Source: Nitrospirales bacterium (GTDB lineage Bacteria; Nitrospirota; Nitrospiria; Nitrospirales; UBA8639). From it: 64,000 nt of DNA. Position 1 is the first letter of the stretch. Every line of letters begins with the position of its first letter. Both the position numbers and the translations under genes were made by a program. Below the pieces are notes generated by a model. It had not been told where the DNA came from. It ran no database searches and saw only the letters and a list, made by a program, of their open reading frames with translations. The DNA lies in the NCBI GenBank assembly GCA_965203295.1, contig CBDBCZ010000017.1, forward strand, positions 960,001 to 1,024,000, written 5' to 3'. Positions 20,170 through 32,800 of the stretch are shown in pieces.

Positions 20170-21160
20170 GCAAATATCACTAGCATGTATATACCATGCC
20201 ATACAGGTATTAAAGTAACTGATGTCTTCTAGACATTTAAATTTCCTGGAAACACTGTGACACATTATCTCCTTATTTCTTGGAATAGAGAATGTGAAAT
20301 ATTTAATCTGCATGTCCACATAGCCACTTGTGATGTTTAAATATGTAATAGTTATAGTACAGTTGTCAGGGATTTATGGCAGTAAATGAACCGAATCCGA
20401 GGGCGATGTTTACGTAGCCATAAATCCCTGACAACTGTACTGTAAGTGTTATATATCCCATCTGATTGGTCAGTTCATGGGGGGCACGAACTATAGCAAC
20501 GTTAGCACGTAGCAACGATTCCCATTCTGGCTTTATAATGAAAGAAGCTGAGGCCGCTTGTCCTTACTCGCCGTCTTGCCTCGGCATGTGCGATTGGACC
20601 GCCTGTCCAGGGGTTAATTCAGAGCTCCTCCCCCCGGAAGATAGTATTGAGCCCCTCCCATCCGCTTCTTTGAAGCAGCCCCTTCTACCTCAACGTTTTG
20701 ATATAAGGACAAGCGGCCTCAGCTTCTTCCATTATAAAGCCAGAATGTATAATATTGTGCCTGAATGTATGCATGTAAAGTACAGTTACACATAGCAGTA
20801 GCTATATGCATGAGAGTCTGATTGGATGAAATTGTTTAATACCCTAAGGGAAGTCGGTATGAGTCATACCAGACTTTTACCCAAAGGGAAGTCAATATGA
20901 CTCATAATGACTTCTAGTAACCTAAGTAACAAGGGTGAGTGGGATATATATATATTTAAACATCACAAGTGGCTATGTGGACATATAAATCAAGACAACG
21001 AAATGTATTTCCAAACATGCAGATTAAATATTTCGCATTCTCTATTCCAAGAAATAAGGAGATAATGTGTCACAGTGTTTCCAGGAAATGACTACATGTA
21101 GAAGACATCAGTTACCTTAGTAACTGTATGGCATGGTATGTACATGCTAGTGATATTTGC
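20170..21160. repeat. Large inverted repeat with nested palindromes
   Basis: Arms about 20170-20343 and 20953-21160. Inner inverted pairs at 20357-20381/20418-20442 and 20525-20565/20704-20746. Confidence 0.75.
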
Positions 21161-24100
21161 TACTTTCTTCGTAGTGTATAGACAAGTATCAACATAAGAA
21201 ATCATGTATAGCTATCTCTGTTATTCATGCATGCTCGGCAAAGCTATAGAGGAATACTGCCCTGCATATTTATCATATTGCCCGATAAAGGTAAGAAAGT
21301 TGCAGGATAATTGACTATTATAATAATGAAGGGCTGAGAGCCAGAGTGGTCTAATCATAACTCAATAAAAGAAACTTCCCCCTCCTAAATTTGAGACAAA
21401 AAATTTATTTATACACCACAATTAGTGGATACCTGACTTGCAGATGTCTGAGTAGCTTTGGAGGTATGAGTTAGACCACTAAATTACTCCTATGCAAGAT
21501 ATTTGGCATTTTATACATAATTATATGTTACAGTATATACAACAGTTCATTTATCATGGGACTCAGCATGAGTAGGTTAATTCCAGAAATCTATGGAGGA
21601 GGTTCCAGGAATTTTAGGTTCCTGGAACTTCCTCCAGTTACTGTGGTGAGTTCCATGTTACCTGGCAAATTGTCATGGGACTCAACATGAGCATAGATGA
21701 TAATATTATATACTTATTATCTATGACGTGAGGATGTTAATTCCAGGAATCTGTGGAGGAGGTTCCAGGAACCTTCTCAAGTTATGTTGAGCTATGTTGA
21801 ATCCCATGTCATGTTATAGTAGATGAAAGACTCACTAATAAAAACGTGGTCAAACTACCACTCCGAGGTCTAATTCCTACCTAGCTACATACCCGACATC
21901 TATAATTCTGGTCACACTTAAGATTTTTGTACAATTTGTGTATTTTTCAGCACTTGATTTTGGATTGGCATTCTGATCAGCCCTTCGAACACAGGGCTGG
22001 GTATATAATATAACAGTTTGAATTAAAATCAGGAGATTCAGCCCTATATCTACAGCTCTGTAATTAGTCTAATTCCACTTGGCCCAAGTACATGTAACGC
22101 GTGTAAGTATTGAAGGCGGCACCGCCGTGTTTATATAGCCAATTGAACTGTATGAGTCCAACTACAGGAGTAATTAACAATGCTATACATTTTAGATGTA
22201 GTGTATCATTTCATTTCAAAGTGGGCAAATTTAGCCTCCAGCTCTCAAGGTATATGCTAGACAGATTCACGATTCGCACACGTATAATACGCTGATGCTG
22301 AGTTATTACAGTACAGTATATGTACGAATTCGTATGCATATCTGGGAGCATGCATACTCACCATATAATACACGGCAAGAATACAATCAATTGAGCTTCT
22401 GCTTTAGCATCCAACCGGCCGAGTACGAAAGCAAACACTCCGGAGACTATACAAACTAAGTAATAGTGGGCTAATTAGCTAGTTTAGTACTCTACCGCGC
22501 GCTACAGGTGAAAGATTCATTACCACCAGGGCAGGCTTTATGTAGCTGTACATGTAAATGAATGCATATTATATCTAGTGGGCGGGAGTTAGCACTACAA
22601 GTATGTCATGCTTGACCGTATATAGATACACTTCCTCATTACTCAGCTGAGATCACGTGAGATGCAATAATTTATCTCTGAGTGTTGTAAGTACCGCTAT
22701 TATATGTGCGCGTGCTTCCTGCAGTGAAGTGAAGCCATGCGGCAGTGACACACCGCTACAGCTGATTTGTGGAGTCCCATAGCTTCCACTCTAGTACATT
22801 TTACACATGCAGTCACGGGTGGAAAACCGCGTGCTGGTGAGTTTTGCTGGGCCAGGGGCCTATATAGAGTCAAGTCTTGACGCATTTGCACATTCGCTGA
22901 TACTAGCTGCATGCAGTTAGCCTGTGAATGTGTTACTAACTTACTATCTAGATTTAGTTTGAAAATGGCACGATGATGCTGTCAATAATAATAATGATGA
23001 TCACAGTATGTAAATTATCAATAGTTACATGACATTATATATTGTCACAGGAAGAATTTCCTGAAATGCGTTACAAGGGAATATGACAGGAAATCTGGTA
23101 TTTCAGGTACAGGGTAGTATAGGATAGGGCAGAATTTCCTTTAAAATCATGAAATTCTGCCCTATCCTATACTACTCTGTACCTGAAATACCAGTCAAAT
23201 TTCCTTGTAACACATTTCAGAAACTTTTTTTTGCTGTGTGTATATAACTCCTGTCTCAGGGTATTGTCTTGGTAGGTACTATGTTTAACATAACATTGTG
23301 GTACTCGTTCTATACTACCACCTCTGGTACATATGTTCGTAATTCCTTTTAAGGTAGCTATTCTCTATAATCGACCTTTTAGTAGATCGACTAGACTATA
23401 GACATGAGTGAAAATTAGCTACATACATGTACATAATTATGATAGTGGGGTGTTGTTTGGGTTGCAACATATAGACACACGACATTTTACAGATGTAATG
23501 TTTTGCAATACTGATACAGATGATTAAGTACATCACTTTTATCAAACTGGTTGACTACATGTAATATTGAAACCATGTAGAGGTGGGCACAGGGAGACTT
23601 GGAGGAAGGACTTGTTGCACGCTAAAGGTAACCAAGATATCGAAGCTACAATAGAAGTACTAAGAATCTTAGTGGGGCAACCCAAATATCAAAATGGAAA
23701 TTGCATGAATTGCACAAAAATGACGTATAATCAAAATTTCACCAGCAGTGAGTTGTTGACTTTTCGGAGTTACAAAAGAGTGATTCGGAACACTGCATGT
23801 ACTAAGTTGAAGACCTGATATGTGTGCAAGTGAGCTCATCAAGAATGCGGAAGACATTAAGAATCGCTAATGTGTTTTCAAACTCTTGGTCAATAGTGCA
23901 AAATTCTTGATTAAGAACTGACTCATCGCTAATGGCTCTTGACTGTGTTCACTCATTTGAAACTCAAACATTCCACTTGTCAAGATACAGCTTCCTTTAA
24001 ATTTCTTACTGTGGGCATAGCCTCGAAAAAAAAAAAAGCTGGGCAGTAGAGCCTGGGAACGAGGCTAGTGGGCATGCATGAGTCACCGTTTGGAAAGACT

Positions 24101-25163
24101 AATTCAATGTTTGTGTTTTAGCCCACTATCATAGGCTTCTCAGTCCTACAATTATTATTCATTTGTACCTACATCAAAATTGGGCACAGTGATAAGGTAT
24201 ACACGCATGCCAAATGCCCATGCAATTAACTGACAGTCTTGAAAATGGCTTACAGTTGTGATCTAGCGAATGATTCATAACTATATTGTGTTGTCTGCTT
24301 GGTAGTTACTCTAGTTTCACTTTCTTACATAAACGTTTGCATTCCATACGACGTTTGTTTTTTCTCTTCTATATGCAAGTCTGATATGAAAAATAACTCG
24401 CACCAGTACATTGTGCATACTTTCAGTATACCAGAGTATACATCCATGTTATGCAGGTTTTATTTTCCTGTATCAACTGCTTGGTAGTTTCAATAATTAG
24501 CTTTCTTATCAAAAACTTTTGTATTCCATAATTATACAGTTTGTTCTAAATGGTATGTGTATGTGGGGGGGGGAGGGGGGGGAGGGGGGGGGGAGAGAGG
24601 GGTTATCATGAATATAGATAACCAAGTTAGAAAATCCAAACATTGGTGAAAGTCCCTGTATTATGTATCTCCATGCATGAAAGAATGTACTATACGTTAA
24701 TTGCAACTAATTCCTGGTATGGCTTTGAGCCAACTAGGACTGCAACAGAGATCACATAGAAGACAAAGACATGTGAAAACTTTCCCGTAGAGTACGTATC
24801 AAGCGCCCATGGGCGGGGAACCTCAGAATGCAGCGGAAGAGGGGGGTGGGCGCTTACCACGTATTCGTCCGCAAACGGCATGTAGTATCCGCCCACCACC
24901 ATGGAAGTGAGGAATCTTCACCATAAAATATTTTTCTACCATAATATTATTATATACCATCCAGGTGAGCTAAACTTATAAATAAAGCGCAGTGAGCGAA
25001 ATCAAGCAGTAAAATTCAATCTTTAGTTGGGGGTGGGCGCTTGATACGTACTCTAATCTTGAGAACACTTGCCCTGGTTTTATACAATCAAGGCATGATA
25101 ATTCAAGCAGTTAATACATGTAGTCTTTCAATATAATTATCTCAGTCAGTGACATGAGAGTAG

Positions 25164-26075
25164 GGTGCTGAATTTCAGTATAGGCTAAAGGACTACCTTG
25201 GTATTCTGAGTGCTAAATCTCAGTAGCTATAGGTAATTGTTGGTGGCATGACCACCTACCACTATTGAGTGCTATATCTCAGTAAGTGACAGGCGTGTGC
25301 TATATCGAGTGCTGAATCTCAGTAAGTAACAGGCTCTCGCTAATTGAGTGCTGAAACTCAGTAGGGATTACATACTGAGTGCTGAATCTCAGTAAATGAC
25401 TAGGTGACCGGCTCTCATGTAAACTGAGTGCTGAATCTCAGTAGGTGATAGACGTGCACTATACTGAGTGCTGAATCTCAGTAGGTGATAGACGTGCACT
25501 ATACTATGTGCTGAATCTCAGTCGGCGACAGGCGCTCAATCATTTACATGTATTGAGTTCTGAATAATTATTCTCAAATGATATGACTGCCTATTGCTCA
25601 TGACAGCTGAATCTAGTAGGTGACATGATTGCTACCAAAAGCTGAATTTCAAATTGTCACAAAGTAACCAGACTTCAGTAGGTGACATGTTATTATTGAG
25701 TGCTGAACCCCAATGACTGTTGTGAGCCATGACCCTGACATGCTGAATCTCAGGTCATGTGTTACTGTGTGCTGAATCTCAGTAGGTGCCATGGTTTACG
25801 CGGAGTCTAGTATATGGCCACAGTTTACTGTGTGCTGAATTTCAGTATGTGACATGGAACTACTGTGTGCTGAATCCCGGTAGCTGCCTGGGGCTATGGA
25901 CTACTGAACCATATGCAGTTGAATCTCAGTATGTATTGGTAGCATGCTGACTATCAGAGCATTGAAATCTCGGGAATATGCTACTGTGTGCTGAATCTCA
26001 GTAAGTGCTCAGGGTGGAGGGAGCATGTGCTGAATCTCAGCAGGTGATATGGACTTTGTGCTGAACCTCAGTAGG
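25164..26075. repeat. Array of about 20 hairpin-forming cores (TACTGAG-TGCTGAAT-CTCAGTA) with variable spacers
   Basis: GTGCTGAATCTCAGTA and close variants recur every 30-60 bp. Confidence 0.75.
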
Positions 26076-26825
26076 AGGCATTGTTGTCGTGTCAGGTATA
26101 GTTCTGAATGCAAAGTTGATAATTGATACATACAGGGGTGCTTTTTAAATTAATTGGTTACATAGTATCATTCAGTGCTGAAGTTCATATACGTAGTACA
26201 TTTACGTAGAGTGCTGGGAACAATAATTCCTGCAGTGATGCATCAGTAGTAGTATATAGCTGCATTACTAGATCTGAAGCTGAAACTAATGAGTGCCCCT
26301 AAATTAGCTGCTTATATGTTCTGAAAAAGTGATTAGGAACATTTTATCCTGGTGGGCTTCTGACAATAGGCAAACAGTGAAGTCGCTGTACTTCAGCCAT
26401 CTGCCGGCGCAAAGGTCAGGGGAGCATACCTGAAAATGAGCGCGAAAATGGCTGAAATTGGAAAGCGAGCAGCAGAGCATGTAGCGCTAGCCACAATTTG
26501 CTACTAAGCTTCCTGTAAAACTGTGCGCATTTATTTAATTACTCAGGTACGCTTTGCCCATTAGTACGTGGGTGTGGCGCAACAAATTCGTGAAATTATT
26601 TTGTTCAAAGGTAGCTAACTCATAATGTGTGTAGAGTGCACCTATTATAGAGAATCCACTGTACTCTTGACATTCAGGAAATCTCAAGATCTTTTTTAGC
26701 CATTGCCCTTGCCCCTTACACTATTGCCCCTGAAACAAGACAGACAAATCTTCAGTGTGGACAAAACTCTATTAAAAAATGATGACAATTAATATGTAGC
26801 ACATTATAATCCAATATCCTCTATG

Positions 26826-29800
26826 CTATAATGTCCTGGTTCTGTCACGAATTTGCTTTTCCGCTGGATCAATTATGGGATGCCAGTGACTGACCTGTTG
26901 CCGTGGTGATGATAACATTTCCAACCAATGGGCTTTACCTGTCTCGTTGGAAACAGTCGAACCTAATGTGACCATGCCAATGGTACGATTCCTACCGAAT
27001 CTGTCATGGTCCATAATGGTGGTTTCCAAGGTAACATCCTTAATGTCCATTCGAGAGAGGTCAAACCTGAAAGGTTCGTTGAAGACTGGAATCAGCGTGT
27101 TCTTTTTGACACTTGTTTTCCACTTGTGAATTCTTTTTTGCTTGTAGTACAGCTCCAATTTTACGTAGGGGTCTATAATTAGATGAGAGACCAAGAGAGA
27201 AAGAGTTATTGTACATGCAGCGCGTTTATCGTGTGAAAGAGATGGGGGAGAGGCCTAATGAGAGTTGGAATTTGGCTGGGCCTATACTGGCAAGTGCTAC
27301 TAGTGGGTTTAAGTGGCTACAACTGGCTGAGTATGAGACTACATAGTGTATGCTTACCCTAGTACCTGTACATAGTGTATGCTTAGCCTAGTACCCGTAC
27401 ATAGTGTATGCTTAGCCTAGTACCTGTACATAGTGTATGCTTAGCCTAGTACCCGTACATAGTGTATGCTTAGCCTAGTACCTGTACATAGTGTATGCTT
27501 AGCCTAGTACCCGTACATAGTGTATGCTTAGCCTAGTACCCGTACATAGTGTATGCTTACCCTAGTACCTGTACATAGTGTATGCTTAGCCTAGTACCCG
27601 TACATAGTGTATGCTTAGCCTAGTACCCGTACATAGTGTATGCTTACCCTAGTACCTGTACATAGTGTATGCTTACCCTAGTACCTGTACATAGTGTATG
27701 CTTACCCTAGTACCTGTACATAGTGTATGCTTAGCCTAGTACCTGTACATAGTGTATGCTTAGCCTAGTACCCGTACATAGTGTATGCTTAGCCTAGTAC
27801 CCGTACATAGTGTATGCTTACCCTAGTACCCGTACATAGTGTATGCTTAGCCTAGTACCCGTACAGTGTATGCTTAGCCTAGTACCTGTACATAAGTGTA
27901 TGCTTAGCCTAGTACCCGTACATAGTGTATGCTTAGCCTAGTACCCGTACATAGTGTATGCTTAGCCTAGTACCTGTACATAGTGTATGCTTAGCCTAGT
28001 ACCCGTACATAGTGTATGCTTAGCCTAGTACCTGTACATAGTGTATGCTTAGCCTAGTACCTGTACATAGTGTATGCTAGTGCATAGTGTATGCTAGTGC
28101 ATAGTGTATGCTTAGCCTAGTACCTGTACATAGTGTATGCTAGTGCATAGTGTATGCTTAGCCTAGTACCTGTACATCTCATCTTAGAAACTCCTCTCAC
28201 TCACTCCACCTCTCATTATCTTCGTTAAGAGTGCTGTAATTGTTCTAATAATCCGAACGCAATTCTTTTGTTTGCTCTAATTTGCCCAACAAATGAGTTT
28301 TTACTTTTTAGTAACAGTCAGTATGTAGCCCACATTAAAGACAGAAGTACTTGCGTGGCAGTTCCACATAGAACACAAACATCATTCCATTGTGTGTAAT
28401 TCAATTGTGTCACTGCGTTTGAATTGCGGACTTCTGCTAAGGGCGGGGATCAAATGAAATGTGTAAAAAGCTATCAACGCAAATTACTCCTGGTATATTA
28501 TGAGCCCAGCCCTTAATGGAAATTCAGAGAGAATGCATTTGGAATGTAATGTCGCAATCAAAAGCTCTCAAGCTGAATTACGTATTTTTCTAAAGTTGGT
28601 CTTCTTTACACTGTAGCTACCTCTGTAGGACTAACTGAAGCGTTCTCTCTGTTGCTTTAGAGGGCTACGTAGCTAAGTAGCCTATGTAGCATGTTACTGT
28701 ACCCCTCTATTGCTCCTTTTCAGGGGCTGGCCTAAATGTACCTATTCAAATCCCATTTTTTTGAGAGATTGAAAGTTATAATTACTAGGTGAGGTGAGGT
28801 ACTATGACAGCAGTCAGAGCAGTAACATGCCGATTTAGAAATTAGAATCCTAGTGATATTTAGGAGGACTTAACCCTTTAAATCAGATAGTTACCTTTTG
28901 GCAACATCATGAATTCTTGGAAAAAGTGCTGAAAAAGGTGCACATGAACCAGTAACTAAGTGCCTGTGCTTAACCACTCTGCCATACAAGCAACTTCCTC
29001 ATTGGTGAAATTAGGAATTCGTAGTAAAAACAAGTGACCTCACCCAAAAATTGCGATATAAACTCTCACGTTTAAAGGGTAATAATATTATGATGTCAAA
29101 GTGATGTAATTTAGTCAGTGTAGTAGGCATGTTTGCATAATTCTGTTGAGAACTACAGCAATCACTGACCTGCCAGTTTGTAGAAGTGAGAGTGCTGGAG
29201 ATTAGTGACCTTCAACACGATACCCTGCAGTATCTGCACACGAGGGCTAAACTGCAGAGAGAGCAGCAAGTCTCCCTTCGTCTGTGGATGAGGGAGGAGA
29301 AGAGATAGCGACCAGCACATTACAGCAGTTTTCACTGCCTTTGCAAGCTATTGGAATAAAGCCCACTGCACTAATGGTGGGTGAGTGATTATTTAGGCTT
29401 TGAAGTTCTCTTCTGAAGGAGGTCATGTATGGTTATAGTCCCATTATGAAAACCTTCACAGAAAGTAACCTTTGAAGTCCTCTTCTGAAGGAAGTGGTCA
29501 CTTCTTACACTAGCTGTAGTTTTTACCACTTCCGGTTTGCTGTTGCAAGGTTCTTGAAAAGTGCTGTATGCTTCTCCAGATCATATGACCTGCTATGCTG
29601 GCTCATATGACCTATCATGTATGGTTATAGTCCCATTATGAAGACCTTAAAACTTCGCAGAAAGTAACCAGTACCAGTATTAGTGATGATTACAGTGGAG
29701 CATGAGAGAGGTTTCAACATAGTCTTCCGAAGAGTTCAGTCCTGCTAAGTGCTCAAGAGAAATCTAGAAGTTGCACCGTGGAAGAGAGGTTCAGCACTCT

Positions 29801-32800
29801 ACTGTAACTAGCGGAACCAGGCAGTCCTGGTAAGCGCTCAAGAGAAATCTGGAAGTTGCACCGTGGAAGAGAGGTTCAGCACTCTACTGTAGCTTAGCGG
29901 AACCAGGCAGTCCTGGTAAGCACTCAAGAGAAATCTGGAAGTTGCACCGTAGAAGAGAGGTTCAGCACTCTACTGTAGCTTAGCGGAACCAGGCAGTCCT
30001 GGTAAGCGCTCAAGAGAAATCTGGAAGTTGCACCGTAGAAGAGAGGTTCAGCACTCTACTGTAGCTTAGCGGAACCAGGCAGTCCTGGTAAGCACTCAAG
30101 AGAAATCTGGAAGTTGCACCGTGGAAGAGAGGTTCAGCACTCTACTGTAGCTTAGCGGAACCAGGCAGTCCTGGTAAGTACTCAAGAGAAATCTAGAAGT
30201 TGTGGAAGAGAGGTTCAGCACTCTACTGTAACGTAGCGGAACCAGGCAGCAATTTGGGTTAACTCGCATTTTGAAGGCCTCCACTACAGTGCTGTCAAGG
30301 TGAGTGCATGGACAAACAACGGGGAAGCCACTGCTACAGACCACCAGTCATATCGGTGGGCGGGGATTTTTAATGACTGGAATGTAGTTATTAACGTTGA
30401 TGGTTTCTATGTAGTCATTTTAGAATTGTGTCAGTTTAATTGGGTCACAAGGCGTGCCCACAGAAGCAGAGATACCATCAGCTACTTTAGGTTCCTACCA
30501 CGAACACACTCAGTACCTGCCACAATAATGGGTAGTTTCCCCCCCACACCCCACATATCTTACCTGTCACAATAATGCCCACCCTACACAACTTTACCTG
30601 TCACAACTACAATGTGTAGTCCCCCCCCACACCCCACATATCTTACCTGTCACAATAATGTGTAGTTCCCCCCCACACCCCACATATCTTACCTGTCACA
30701 ATAATGTGTAGTTCCCCCCCCCACACCCCACATATCTTTACCTGTCACAACAATGTGTAGTTCCCCCCCCACACCCCACATATCCTTACCTGTCACAACA
30801 ATGTGTACCAGTAGTTCCCACATATCTTTACTTGCTACAGTAATGCCCACCCTACACAACTTTACCTGCCACAATAATGTGTGACAGTAGTCCCCCACAC
30901 CACAACGAAAGTTTGGATTTTAATTAATGCGCCTGGGCACAAGGCTAACACCACCCATGACTCTAAATGGCTTGTTCATCAAGCCATCCAATATCACTGG
31001 TTATTGGACGGTTTGCCATAATATGGGAAATACTTACATAGTGGTACTATGAGTGTACAATAAAGTGTACCTATAGTGATAGGTAATGACGCCACAGAGC
31101 TAAAAATAGCAGCTGGCCACTGACCATTTTTCGTGCAATTTTCTACAATATCCACCCAAAATTGGATTATGATCGTATCAAAATGTACAGGAGGCCAATC
31201 AAAATTTCACCTTGGCCAGCCAAACCCGAAGCCTTATTTTCAGCTCTGAGCTACGACTCCATTTACTGCCCACCATTACATCATACCCTGACACTGGAGT
31301 CCTCTGGCTTGATGTATCTCCACAGGCACACTCCAAACAGAACGGAACCCTTCAGCGGCAGCACCACGGAGCCGATGAGGTTGTTCTTTGAGCCATCACA
31401 CACCTGGAACACTAGCTCCTGTGGGGGCGGGGTGTGGGTGTCAAGTGACAGTCACATGACGATCACATGACTGTGTATTTGGTCTCCCATAATTAGTGAG
31501 AGTTTCTGCTCTGTACTCAGTATTCAGTGGGAAGTGCAAGTCTTATAAGTGGGCTTGTACTCAGGGGTAAGCTCTTATTCAGAATGGGCTTATAACCTTG
31601 GGGTGGGCTTATACTCTGGGGTGGGCTTAAATATACTCAAGGGTGGGCTTAATTTCGGGGGTTCATACTCAGGCCAAGGGGTGGGCTCATACTCAAGCCA
31701 AGGGGTGGGCTCATACTCAGGCCAAGGGGTGGGCTCATACTCAAGCCAAGGAGTGGGCTCATACTCAGGCCAAGGGGTGGGCTCATACTCAGGCCAAGGA
31801 GTGGGTTAATACTCAGGCCAAGGGGTGGGCTCATACTCAGGCCAAGGGGTGGGCTCATACTCAGGCCAAGGGGTGGGCTCATACTCAGAGCAAGGGGTGG
31901 GCTCTTATTCAGAATGGGCTTATAACCTTGGGGTGGGCTTATACTCTGGGGTGGGCTTAAATATACTTAAGGGTGAGCTTAATTTCGGGGGTTCATACTC
32001 AGGCCAAGGGGTGGGCTCATACTCAGGCCAAGGGGTGGGCTCATACTCAGGCCAAGGAGTGGGCTCATACTCAGGCCAAGGGGTGGGCTCATACTCGTGC
32101 CAAGGGGTGGGCTCATACTCAGGCCAAGGAATGGGCTCATACTCAGGCCAATGGGTGGGCTCATACTCAGGCCAAGGAATGGGCTCATACTCAGGCCAAG
32201 GAATGGGCTCATACTCAGGCCAAGGGGTGGGCTCATACTCAGGCCAAGGGATGGGCTCATACTCACGCCAAGGGGTGGGCTCATACTCACGCCAAGGGGT
32301 GGGCTCATACTCATGCAGGCCAAGAAGTGGGTTCATACTCAGAGCAAGGGGTGGGCTCATACTCATGCAGGCCAAAAAGTGGGTTAATACTCAGCGCAAG
32401 GAATGGGCTCATAGTCACTCGGGCTAATTGCCCTTCAATGGTATTGGGCCCTTCAATTGCAAGTGCTTGTATAGTATGCATTAATGCTAACTAACCTGCT
32501 GTCTAATCTCATTCTGTTGAATACCCTGGAACTCAAAGGCAGCGTCAAACCTCGGATTCAGCGTCTGTTTGACTACCGCTGTCTGGAACACTGTCTCCTT
32601 ATTAGGCAGCAAAAAGACGACGACAAACGGGTCCCTCAATCGTCCCCCCTCTCGTTGTGGCAGGTTCATTGCCTGCAAGAGTTTCACACTCAGCCTACGA
32701 TTTAGAACGTCCAAATAGACACTGAATTCCAGCTGACCGAGGCCGGTTACTTCTGAATCTTCACTGCTTATTGACTGAAACCGTTCGAAGTTAAATGACG

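Noticed and set aside
25164..26075. True CRISPR array
   Set aside because: Eukaryotic context, no cas genes, degenerate repeats, and short, irregular, partly related spacers.
31549..32494. ORFs with SYSGQGVG / WAHTQAKG / EYEPTPWP repeats
   Set aside because: Translations of a 24-bp intronic minisatellite that is open in several frames.
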